DNA of 64,000 nucleotides from Deinococcus sp. (GTDB lineage Bacteria > Deinococcota > Deinococci > Deinococcales > Deinococcaceae): positions 832,001 to 896,000 of the forward strand of contig OZ253375.1 of NCBI GenBank assembly GCA_965261005.1, written 5' to 3'. The notes beneath the pieces are model-generated. The model made no database searches. It was not told where the DNA came from and saw only the letters and a list, made by a program, of their open reading frames with translations. Position numbers and translations under genes: made by a program. Positions within the stretch are counted from its first letter, which is position 1. Every line of letters begins with the position of its first letter. Positions 56,040 to 64,000 of the stretch are shown here, piece after piece.

Positions 56040-56855
56040 ATGACCTACGTTCAGCAAATTCGTTTCGAACACTCACCCAAGCTGCACTGGATGGGCACAG
56101 AAGAGCCGCGCGCGGTGGATACCCAGGTGGTGGTGCAGAGCCGGCGCGGTATAGAGTTGGCGCGGGTGCGCGGCGAGGCGAAGCGGGCTGGCGAAGCGGG
56201 GCGGGCTGGCGAGGTGGGGCAGGTCGGGCAGATTCTGCGCGCGGCGGAAGCGGACGACCTCGCCCGCGCCGAGGAACTTGCCCGTGAGGCAGGGGACTTT
56301 AAATGGCGGATTCGCGCGAGGGCGCGCCATTTGCCGGTCAAGATCGTGGCCTGCGAGTTCACCCTCGACGGCGCCCTGTTGACGGTCAGCTACAGCGCCG
56401 AGGAGCGGGTGGATTTGGGCCGCTTGGTGCAGGAGTTGCGCGCCGAGACCGAGGCCAAGATCAACTTCCTCGCCATCGGCCCGCGCGAGCAGGTGGTGGC
56501 CCTCGGCGCGCTGGGGGCCTGCGGGCGCGAGACGTGTTCGAGCACCCACCTTCAGGACTTTGCCCCCATCTCGATTCGCATGGCGCGCGACCAGCAACTC
56601 CCGCTCAACCCCGAAAAGCTGTCCGGGCCGTGCGGCCGGCTGCTGTGCTGCCTGCAATACGAGCACACCCAGTACCAAGAGCTGCTGCGCGACTTGCCGC
56701 GCAAAAACGCCAAGGTCTGCCACGACGAGAGCGGCGCCTGCGGCAAGGTCGTGAAGCTCAATCCCCTGGCGGGCACGGTGGACGTGTACGGCGACCAAGG
56801 ATACATGGGCGGCCTCAAGCCGGAAGAGCTGTCCCCCGTGCGCGGCGAGAAGTAG
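56040..56855 (+). CDS. PSP1 domain protein (YaaT/RicT-like)
   Basis: RVD...[32 protein letters not shown]. Confidence 0.88.
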   Translation: MTYVQQIRFEHSPKLHWMGTEEPRAVDTQVVVQSRRGIELARVRGEAKRAGEAGRAGEVGQVGQILRAAEADDLARAEELAREAGDFKWRIRARARHLPVKIVACEFTLDGALLTVSYSAEERVDLGRLVQELRAETEAKINFLAIGPREQVVALGALGACGRETCSSTHLQDFAPISIRMARDQQLPLNPEKLSGPCGRLLCCLQYEHTQYQELLRDLPRKNAKVCHDESGACGKVVKLNPLAGTVDVYGDQGYMGGLKPEELSPVRGEK

Positions 56856-56859
56856 GGGC

Positions 56860-57930
56860 ATGACCCGCCCGGACACTCAAAGCAGCGTGCGCGCCCCTGT
56901 GCGCGACACGCCCGCTTACCCTTTCACGCCGCACGACGCGCCCATCAAGCTCGACCAAAACGAGAGTCCCTACGACTTCCCGGCAGACCTCAAGCGCGAG
57001 GCGCTCGCGCGAGCGCTGGAACGCCCCTGGCACCGCTACCCGGACCTGAAGGCCGAGACGTTGCGCGCCAAGATCGCCGCCTTTGAGGATTGGGACCCGG
57101 AGGGCGTGGTGGTGGCCCCCGGCAGCAACACCATCATCAAGCTGCTGACCGAGCTGGCCGGCATCGGGCAAAGCGTCCTGACGGTGGACCCGACCTTCAG
57201 CGTCTACGACTTGGAGGCCCGGATGTTGGGCGCTCGCCTGATCAAGGTGCCCCTCTTGCCCGACTTCGCCCTGCCCGTCGAGGGCTTCTTGCGCGAGTTG
57301 CGGGGCGGTCCCGGCGTGTTCGTGCTGATCGAGCCACACGCGCCCAGCGGCCGGCTCGACCCGCGCGGGGACGTGGAGAAGCTGCTGAACGCGGCAAGCG
57401 GCTGGCTGAGCGTCATTGACGAGGCCTACCACCAGTTCGCCGGGCGCGACCACAAGGACTTGGTACGCGGCCACGACGACCGGCTCCTCATCCGCACCTT
57501 TTCCAAGGCGTGGGGCCTGGCGGGTGTGCGGCTGGGCTACGCCTTGATGGAGCCGGACTTGGCGCGCGAGCTGAACAAGCTGGTCCCGGCCTTCGGCGTG
57601 AATGCCCTCACCCAGAGCGCCGTCGAGGTCGCGCTGGAACACCCCGGTTACGTGCGGGAACGGGCGCGCGAGGCGGTGTCGGAGCGGGGGCGCATGCTGG
57701 CCGCCCTTGAACGTCACCCGAGCTGGACAGCCTACCCCAGCAGCACCAACTTCTTCCTGATTCGCACGCCGGACGCGGACGAGGCGTACAAGGCGCTGAT
57801 CGAGCGCGGCGTGTTGGTCCGGCGGCAGGGCGGCTCGCCGCTGCTGGAGAACTGCCTGCGGGTGTCGGTGGGCACGCCCGAGGAAAACGACCAATTTCTG
57901 GCGGCGGCCATGCAAATTCAGACGTTGTAG
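56860..57930 (+). CDS. hisC: Histidinol-phosphate aminotransferase
   Basis: KLDQNESP, RYPD, IDEAY, RTFSKAWGLAGVRLGY, LRVSVGTPEEN. Confidence 0.88.
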   Translation: MTRPDTQSSVRAPVRDTPAYPFTPHDAPIKLDQNESPYDFPADLKREALARALERPWHRYPDLKAETLRAKIAAFEDWDPEGVVVAPGSNTIIKLLTELAGIGQSVLTVDPTFSVYDLEARMLGARLIKVPLLPDFALPVEGFLRELRGGPGVFVLIEPHAPSGRLDPRGDVEKLLNAASGWLSVIDEAYHQFAGRDHKDLVRGHDDRLLIRTFSKAWGLAGVRLGYALMEPDLARELNKLVPAFGVNALTQSAVEVALEHPGYVRERAREAVSERGRMLAALERHPSWTAYPSSTNFFLIRTPDADEAYKALIERGVLVRRQGGSPLLENCLRVSVGTPEENDQFLAAAMQIQTL

Positions 57931-57970
57931 GGGCGGGTTTCAAACCCGCCCGCTTCGAACCCGCCCCTAC
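57927..57970. repeat. GTAG-tagged REP-like inverted doublet
   Basis: GTAGGGGCGGGTTTCAAACCCGCCC plus an inverted partial copy ending AACCCGCCCCTAC (13-bp outer arms). Confidence 0.75.
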
Positions 57971-59085
57971 GCCCTCACCGGCAATTCCACCGGCAACTCG
58001 CGCACGCCGTGGACGATGGTGCTCTCGATGGGGGTGAGGCTCACGCCCTCACGTACTTGAAGGTTTGGAAAGCGCCCATACACCGCGCGCAGGGCGATGT
58101 CCGCCTCCAAGCGCGCCAGCGGGGCGCCCAGGCAGAAGTGAATGCCCTGCCCAAAGGCGAGGTGGCGGTTGGGGCTGCGCCGGGGATCGAACGTCTGCGC
58201 GTCCGGAAACTGCCCCTTATCCAGGTTGGCCGAGCCGATCCAGGCGACCACCCACTCGCCCGCGCTCAAGTGCTGCCCGCCCAGCTCGGTGTCCTGCGCC
58301 ACCACCCGGAACATGCTCTGCACCGGCGAGCGGTAGCGCAGCACCTCCTCGACGGCGCGCGGCCACCCGCCCGGGTGAGCGGCCAATTCCTCGCGCGCCC
58401 CTGGGTGGGCGCTCAGCACCCGCACGGCGTTTGAGAGCAGGTTGGTGGTCGTCTCGTTGCCGGCAACCAATAGCAGCATGCAAAAGCCGATCAATTCCTG
58501 GCCGCTGAGGTGCTGCCCGCCCTCTTCCGCACGCATCAGGGCGCTGATCAGGTCGTCCCCGCCGCCCCCAGCGCGGCGCGCGGTCACCAGCCCCGTGAAG
58601 TAGGTCGCCATCTCGCGTGAGCCGCCCGCGTCCCCCACGATCACGGCGTCCGACCAGCGCTTGAAACGGTCCCGGTCCCCCGCCGGAATCCCCAGAATTT
58701 CGGCGATGACGGTCACGGGCAGCGGCACGGCAAAGTCGCGCACGAAGTCGGTCTCGCGGGGGTCGAAGTTGTCCAGCAGCCCCTCGACCAATTCCCCTAT
58801 GCGCGGCGCGAGGGCCTGCACCGCCCTGGGCGTGAAGGCCTTTTCCACCAGGGCGCGCAGGTCGCGGTGGCGCGGCGGGTCGGTCGAGATCAGGCTGTCC
58901 GCCAGGGCCGCCTCGGGGTTGTCCGAGCCGCGCCCGCGCCCGCGCTGACTGGAAAAACGCGCGTGGTCGCCCAGCACGGTCTTGACGTCGTCGTACAGAA
59001 AGACGTTCCAGGCGCCGTGCTGCGCGTCGCGCCACACCGGCGCCCCAGCGCGCATGCGGTCGTACCACTCGAAGAGGTCGGGCAT
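57967..59085 (-). CDS. Cytochrome P450
   Basis: DPPRH, AGNETT, EEVLRY, HLAFGQGIHFCLG. Confidence 0.95.
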   Translation of the reverse strand: MPDLFEWYDRMRAGAPVWRDAQHGAWNVFLYDDVKTVLGDHARFSSQRGRGRGSDNPEAALADSLISTDPPRHRDLRALVEKAFTPRAVQALAPRIGELVEGLLDNFDPRETDFVRDFAVPLPVTVIAEILGIPAGDRDRFKRWSDAVIVGDAGGSREMATYFTGLVTARRAGGGGDDLISALMRAEEGGQHLSGQELIGFCMLLLVAGNETTTNLLSNAVRVLSAHPGAREELAAHPGGWPRAVEEVLRYRSPVQSMFRVVAQDTELGGQHLSAGEWVVAWIGSANLDKGQFPDAQTFDPRRSPNRHLAFGQGIHFCLGAPLARLEADIALRAVYGRFPNLQVREGVSLTPIESTIVHGVRELPVELPVRA

Positions 59086-59170
59086 GCCGTCAGGCTACAG
59101 GCCGCCGAGGTGAGATGCGGGCAAGTTCGCTCCAAAGACCACCCCGCCCAAATCCGGCTAAGCTGACCGC

Positions 59171-59929
59171 ATGCGACATCAGACCACCGCCCGACGAACC
59201 TGCGCCCTGCTGCTCACTGCCCTCGGCGTGGCGGCGGCCGAGAACGGCTACTCGCAGCGCGACTTCTCCCTGTTCAGGGGCCGGTGGCAGCCCGTCTTCG
59301 CGTGGTGTGACGCCCCGGACCGCGTGATCGTCATAGGTCAGCCCACCAATCCGCCCGCCTTACCGCGCCCCGTCACGTACCAGCGCTTTCTTAAAAAGGC
59401 GCCGCAGAACGTCATCACCAAAAGCTACTTCCTTGGGCCGAACGACGGCGCGGCGGGCAGCGTCTACTGGACCTTGGCGACCAGAAAGCAGACGGGGCCG
59501 TCCTCAAGGTACTTCGTTCACCTCAGCAACGTCGAGAAGGCCGGACAGGACGATGATCTGGCGAACCACGTGGTGGAGATCAAGTCGCCGCTGGACCCGA
59601 ACCCAGATCGGTGCCGCTACGACCAGAACGCCGTCTTCATGGGCGCCAGCGCCAAGCGCACGGTGAGCGTGCTCAAGCTCTACGGCGGCGGCTACGCCTA
59701 CGAGAGCCACAACTACCCCGGCTTTGGCGTGTACATCCCGGACGGCGAGAAGAAGGAGAACGCGGACGGCAGCCTGGAATATGAGTTTCGCAACGGCGGC
59801 TATACCTACCGGGTGGAGGTGGACGCGCCGAGCAAGCCTGGCGCGCGGGTGGTGGTGACAAAAGGCGGCCAGACGGTGTTGACCGAGGCGTTCCGGGTCT
59901 ACAGCGACTCGCGGCCGGGGGCACGGTGA
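59171..59929 (+). CDS. Secreted hypothetical protein
   Basis: Signal peptide ending AAA; GC3-biased codons; leaderless start after TAAGCT. Confidence 0.75.
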   Translation: MRHQTTARRTCALLLTALGVAAAENGYSQRDFSLFRGRWQPVFAWCDAPDRVIVIGQPTNPPALPRPVTYQRFLKKAPQNVITKSYFLGPNDGAAGSVYWTLATRKQTGPSSRYFVHLSNVEKAGQDDDLANHVVEIKSPLDPNPDRCRYDQNAVFMGASAKRTVSVLKLYGGGYAYESHNYPGFGVYIPDGEKKENADGSLEYEFRNGGYTYRVEVDAPSKPGARVVVTKGGQTVLTEAFRVYSDSRPGAR

Positions 59930-60012
59930 ATACCCCACTTCTCGAACACGTCGTCCTCAAGGCGCGCGACTTGGGGCAAACCGAGACCTTTTGCCGGGCG
60001 CTTGAGGGGGCA
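59926..60012 (+). pseudogene. N-terminal fragment of a VOC/glyoxalase gene
   Basis: GTG overlapping the upstream stop; LEHVVLKARDLGQTETFCRAL resembles a VOC first strand-helix, then similarity is lost just before the repeat at 60040. Confidence 0.5.
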
Positions 60013-60039
60013 GGAAAGAGCGGTCAAGCTATGCTTGAC

Positions 60040-60486
60040 ACCCCCCTCCCAGCCTCCCCCGCAAGGGGGGAGGAGCTAGAGCGCTTCCGCAATTCGCTTC
60101 AGCACGTCGTCCAGGTTGTTTCGAACTTCGAAGTTCCAGAAGCGCAGGACGGTGAAGCCGCGCGCTTGCAGTTCAGCGTCCCGCACCGCGTCATACGGGC
60201 TGCCCGCATGCTGACTGCCGTCCAGCTCAATGACAAGCTGGCGCTCCAAACACACGAAGTCCGCGAAGTAAAAGCCCAACGCCTGCTGCTTGCGGAATGC
60301 CACGCCCAATTGGCCAGACCGCAAGCGGCCCCACAACAACCGCTCCTCCGACGTCATGTTGCGCCGCAACTTTCGTGCCCGCCTGTTCTGCTCATGCCGA
60401 GAAAACCTCTCCACAAAAGCATTTTAAAGCCCTCCCCCCTTGCCGGGGAGCGCGAAGCACCTCGAAGAGAGGGTTGGGAGGGGGGT
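60040..60486. mobile_element. Putative DUF559 module bounded by inverted C-rich palindromic repeats
   Basis: Perfect 12-bp terminal inverted match ACCCCCCTCCCA (60040-60051) / TGGGAGGGGGGT (60475-60486); each end carries a GCAA-loop hairpin; no TSD seen. Confidence 0.5.
60076..60414 (-). CDS. DUF559 endonuclease-domain protein (Vsr-like)
   Basis: RARKLRRNMTSEERLLW, FRKQ, YFADF, LVIELDGSQH, YDAVRD, GFTVLRFWN. Confidence 0.92.
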   Translation of the reverse strand: MERFSRHEQNRRARKLRRNMTSEERLLWGRLRSGQLGVAFRKQQALGFYFADFVCLERQLVIELDGSQHAGSPYDAVRDAELQARGFTVLRFWNFEVRNNLDDVLKRIAEAL

Positions 60487-60520
60487 ATCGAGCACCGCTT
60501 GATCCACTTAGGAGGCCACC

Positions 60521-61333
60521 ATGTTTAACCGCATCCTGATCACCGGCGCCGCCGGCAACATCGGCTCGACCTTGCGCGCGGGCCTGCGCGGCGTCTACCC
60601 GGTCCTGCGCCTGACCGACAACCGCAACTTGGGCGAGGCGGCCGAGGGCGAGGAGGTCGTGCAGGCCGACCTGACCAACTTCGATGAGGTCCTGGCCGCC
60701 ATGCAAGACGTGGACGCCGTCGTTCACCTGGGCGGCATCCCCAACGAGGACACCTACGAGCGCATTCGCAGCGTCAACATGGACGGCACCCAGCACGTCT
60801 ACGAGGCGGCGCGTCTTGCGGGCGCGCGGCGGGTGGTGTTCGCCAGCTCCATTCACGCGGTCGGCTTTTACCCGCGCGAACAGATCGGCCCCGACGTGCC
60901 GACCCGGCCCGACACCTTTTACGGCGTCAGCAAGGTCTTCGGCGAGGCGCTGGGGCGGCTGTACTGGGACAAGCACGGCCTTGAGAGCGCGGCCCTGCGC
61001 ATCAATTCCTTTTTGGAGCGCCCACAAGAGCGGCGCAACCTCAGCACCTGGCTCTCGCACCGGGACGCCGTGAACTTGGTGCGCGCCTGCCTGGACACGC
61101 CAGAACTCGGCTTCCGAATTCTGGCGGGCATCTCCGGCAACACCCGGGCCTGGATGACGGACGAGGGCTGGGCCGAGGTCGGTTACACCCCGCAGGACAA
61201 TGCCGAGGACTACGCGGCGGAAATCGGGGGCAAACACGGCGACGAGGCGGACATCACCGAGCGGCGGCAGGGCGGGGTGTTCGTGGGAAAGGACTACATG
61301 GGGGCAGCAAAAAAACCTGGAGACGGCGGCTAA
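60521..61333 (+). CDS. NAD-dependent epimerase/dehydrogenase (uronate dehydrogenase-like)
   Basis: ITGAAGNIG, VHLGG, FASSIHAVG, PDTFYGVSK, TWLS, PQDNAE. Confidence 0.8.
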   Translation: MFNRILITGAAGNIGSTLRAGLRGVYPVLRLTDNRNLGEAAEGEEVVQADLTNFDEVLAAMQDVDAVVHLGGIPNEDTYERIRSVNMDGTQHVYEAARLAGARRVVFASSIHAVGFYPREQIGPDVPTRPDTFYGVSKVFGEALGRLYWDKHGLESAALRINSFLERPQERRNLSTWLSHRDAVNLVRACLDTPELGFRILAGISGNTRAWMTDEGWAEVGYTPQDNAEDYAAEIGGKHGDEADITERRQGGVFVGKDYMGAAKKPGDGG

Positions 61334-62709
61334 ACGCGCGCCTCCAGCTGCACCTTCAGGCCGTACTTGGGCCGCAGGGTGATCGAGGGTTCCAATTCGA
61401 TGCGCTGGTCGGGCAGCACCCGCAACTTGTAGCGCTGGGCGATGGTCGCCAGCAGCAGCGGGGCCTCCATGCGCGCGAAGTTCTCGCCGACGCAGACGCG
61501 CGGGCCGCCGCCGAAGGGGAAGTAGGCGTACTTGGGCAGCTGCTTTTCCAGGCCGTCTTCCCAGCGCTCGGGCCGGAAGGCGAGGGGGTCGGGAAACCAG
61601 CGCGCGTCGCGGTGGACCACCCATTGGCTCATGTTGAGCATGGTGCCGGCCGGCACGAAGTAGCCGCCCAGCTGCATGTCCTGCTTGGCGCGCCGACCCA
61701 CGCTCCACACCGGGGGCAAAATTCGCATGGCCTCCGCGATCACGTTCTTGGTGTAGGGCAGCTTGGGCAAATCGTCCACGTCGGGGGCTTTGCCCCCCAG
61801 CACCTCATCCAGCTCGGCGTGCAGCTTGGCCTCCGCCTCCGGGTTCTGCGACAGCAGCCACCAGGTCCAGGACAGGGTGTTGGAGGTGGTCTCGTGGCCG
61901 GCCAGAATCAGGTTCTTGGACTCGTCGAGCAGCTGCTGGTCGGTCATGCCGCCGCCCGCCTCGTCCTGGGCGGCCAGCAGCAGCGAGAGCAAATCGCCCC
62001 GATCGGTCTGCCCATCCTGCCCATCTTCCCCCAAGTCGGCCCGGCGCCCCGCAATCACGTCCGCCACGAAGCGGTCTATGCGCGCCATCGCCTCCCCGAA
62101 GCGCAGCTGGGCACTTTCGGCCTCCTGGGGTGAGGTCGCGCGGTACAGCTGGGCCATGCCGCCCAGCATCCCGTCCATCGCGTGCCCAAACTGGGTGGCG
62201 CGCTCATCCGTCTCGACGTCGAACAGCGTCTTGACGATGATGTCAAGGGTCACGCGCATCATGTCGGCGTGCACGTCGCGCACCTCGCCGTCATGCCAGC
62301 CCTCCAGCAAGCGCTGGGCATAGTTCACCATCACCTCGCCGTAGCCCTGAATGCGGCCCCGGTGAAAGGCGGGCTGCACCATGCGGCGCTCGCGCAACCA
62401 AAAGTCTCCCTCGCTGACGACCAGCCCGTTGCCGAAGAGACGCTGCAAGGCCGGCCCCTGCGCGTAACCCTTGTCGAACAGGCGACCGGTCTGGACGTGC
62501 ACGAACTCGATGTCCTTGGGGTTGGACAGCAGGTAGGCGTTCTCCTCGCCGCTGAAGTCCACCACGTCACCATACGTCTGGGCGAGGGCCGGCAGCAGTT
62601 CGAGGGGATTGGGATTGAAGCGCGGCCCCGCGCCCGCCTGGCCGGGCTGAACTTGCTCCGGTCTGGGTGGGCGGGGCAGGTCGTGCAAGGTCGCGTCGGG
62701 CTGGGTCAT
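61330..62709 (-). CDS. Cytochrome P450
   Basis: ATG 62709 with AGGAGG; AGHETT, EAMR, FRPERW, FPFGGGPRVCVG. Confidence 0.95.
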   Translation of the reverse strand: MTQPDATLHDLPRPPRPEQVQPGQAGAGPRFNPNPLELLPALAQTYGDVVDFSGEENAYLLSNPKDIEFVHVQTGRLFDKGYAQGPALQRLFGNGLVVSEGDFWLRERRMVQPAFHRGRIQGYGEVMVNYAQRLLEGWHDGEVRDVHADMMRVTLDIIVKTLFDVETDERATQFGHAMDGMLGGMAQLYRATSPQEAESAQLRFGEAMARIDRFVADVIAGRRADLGEDGQDGQTDRGDLLSLLLAAQDEAGGGMTDQQLLDESKNLILAGHETTSNTLSWTWWLLSQNPEAEAKLHAELDEVLGGKAPDVDDLPKLPYTKNVIAEAMRILPPVWSVGRRAKQDMQLGGYFVPAGTMLNMSQWVVHRDARWFPDPLAFRPERWEDGLEKQLPKYAYFPFGGGPRVCVGENFARMEAPLLLATIAQRYKLRVLPDQRIELEPSITLRPKYGLKVQLEARV

Positions 62710-62763
62710 ACGTCCTCCTGAACAAAGCGGCGAAAAGGGCAAAACCCGTGCTAGGGTTTCAGT

Positions 62764-62783
62764 ATGCGAGCGTTTGCTCGCGT
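62764..62783. promoter_or_regulatory. Putative TetR operator between the divergent P450 and tetR genes
   Basis: ATGCGAG-N6-CTCGCGT imperfect palindrome; a further CTCACAT half-site at about 62790. Confidence 0.5.
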
Positions 62784-62832
62784 TTTCAACTCACATTTTA
62801 CCCCGCGCGCCCGCCCACTTCGGAGGCTTCGC

Positions 62833-63456
62833 TTGACCGAATTGCACCCGCAAACGCCCCGTAAGCAGCCCAAACAGGGGCGCAGCCGCCGCACGGTCGG
62901 CAGGATTCTGGACGCCGCCGCTCGCGTTTTTGCCGAAGCCGGCTACGAGGACGCCACCACCAACCGCATCGCCGAGCAGGCCGGCGTGTCGGTCGGCTCG
63001 CTGTACCAGTTCTTCCCCAACAAGGCGGCCCTGCTGCACGCCCTTCAGCGGGAGTGGTTGGCGCGCGTGGAGGGCGAGATGGGCGCGGCCCTCTCCCCCG
63101 AGCCGGCCCGACCGCTGGGCGCCGTCATTGACGGCGTGATCGCCGCCTTCGAGACGCTGGACCGCGAGCGGCCCGGCATGTTGCGCGTTCTCAGCGGCCA
63201 GCGCGCCGGCGAGGCGCCCGCGCCGAACCTGGACAACGTTCACCGCACCGTCGCGGGCCAAGTCGAGCGCTTCCTGACCGTTCACGCGCCGCGCCTGCCG
63301 GCGGAGCGCCGCCCCGCCGTGGCCGACCTGTGCGTTCACGTCTGCGACGGCCTGTTCGAGCTGGGCACGCCCAGCATCGGGGGCTTCGACCCAAAGGTGG
63401 TCAGAGAGGTGAGGGTGGCTTTATTGGCTTACCTGGGGCCGTGGCTGGACGGCTAG
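62833..63456 (+). CDS. TetR/AcrR family regulator
   Basis: TTG after GGAGG; ILDAAARVF, TTNRIAEQAGVSVGSLYQFFPNK. Confidence 0.92.
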   Translation: MTELHPQTPRKQPKQGRSRRTVGRILDAAARVFAEAGYEDATTNRIAEQAGVSVGSLYQFFPNKAALLHALQREWLARVEGEMGAALSPEPARPLGAVIDGVIAAFETLDRERPGMLRVLSGQRAGEAPAPNLDNVHRTVAGQVERFLTVHAPRLPAERRPAVADLCVHVCDGLFELGTPSIGGFDPKVVREVRVALLAYLGPWLDG

Positions 63457-63460
63457 TTTC

Positions 63461-63940
63461 TTAGTGCGCCCCGCGCGGGTAGTACCGCCAGGTGTAAGCG
63501 AAGATACCGGCGTTGAAGGCGAAGACCAGCAGCTCGGTTGGGGTGGGGTGGCGCAGCAGCAGGTAGATCTCCGGCAGGATGGGCAGGCCGATGGCGGTCA
63601 GGACCAAGGTGCGGGCCGCCGGCGAGCGGCGCGCCAGGGCGATGGCGGTCAGGCCCAACAGCAGGCCGTCAATCAGCAACAGCACACCCGTCCAGGTGAC
63701 GCTGGAGCGCGGCAACTTGGGCAGTTGCTCGGCGATCCAGCGGCCCATAATGCGCCACGCCCCGCCGCCCGAGGCCCAGCGGACGGCGACCGCGCTCAGG
63801 CCGTCGAGGACGCTGGCGCTGTAGGTCAGCAGCAGCACGGCGCCCAAGAGGACCACCAGCGAGGCCACCGCCTTGTAGGCGGTCAGCAGCCAAAAGACGG
63901 TGTTGGGGCGCAGCAGCGGGCGGCGTTTGGCGGTGGACAT
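63461..63940 (-). CDS. Membrane protein (DUF2127-like)
   Basis: AYK near the N-terminus, four TMs, LPEIY, FN..I..Y. Confidence 0.6.
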   Translation of the reverse strand: MSTAKRRPLLRPNTVFWLLTAYKAVASLVVLLGAVLLLTYSASVLDGLSAVAVRWASGGGAWRIMGRWIAEQLPKLPRSSVTWTGVLLLIDGLLLGLTAIALARRSPAARTLVLTAIGLPILPEIYLLLRHPTPTELLVFAFNAGIFAYTWRYYPRGAH

Positions 63941-64000
63941 TCGTCTTCCACCATACGGCGCATTCCCCGAGAGCGCCATAACGGCGGCGACTCTTCGGAC

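Noticed and set aside
59926..60528. 200-aa plus-strand ORF
   Set aside because: Only the first ~28 codons look genuine; the rest is antisense read-through of the repeats and the DUF559 gene.

Overview
GC-rich (roughly 68-70% by eye) bacterial chromosomal window, most consistent with Deinococcus/Deinococcota. The assignment rests on gene content and on many starts with a TANNNT -10 box about 6 nt before the ATG and no RBS. Most of the window is housekeeping and envelope genes: purN, M20 dipeptidase, HemQ/Cld-like protein, Mn-catalase, RodZ-like protein, ABC permeases, ndk, aspartate aminotransferase, lptC-lptA-lptA-like genes, tatD, amidase, an M16 peptidase pair, MMPL, the ccmC-D-E-F-G-H-I operon plus a Rieske gene, tdh, qcrC-A-B, yebC, PSP1/yaaT and hisC. 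Accessory elements are a lipoprotein GH9 cellulase, a lower-GC fused methyltransferase-BsuBI/PstI-type restriction gene, a complete single-ORF IS66-family element with TIRs and an 8-bp TSD, two cytochromes P450, and several families of small palindromic repeats. The most intriguing signal is a DUF559 nuclease gene at 60040-60486 bracketed by inverted copies of a C-rich, GCAA-loop, triplex-type repeat. The module sits where a VOC gene breaks off, and solo copies of the same repeat occur at 41085 and 54036, which suggests a REP/RAYT-like nuclease-repeat system. No rRNA, tRNA or CRISPR array was seen. All family assignments come from motif recognition, not database searches.
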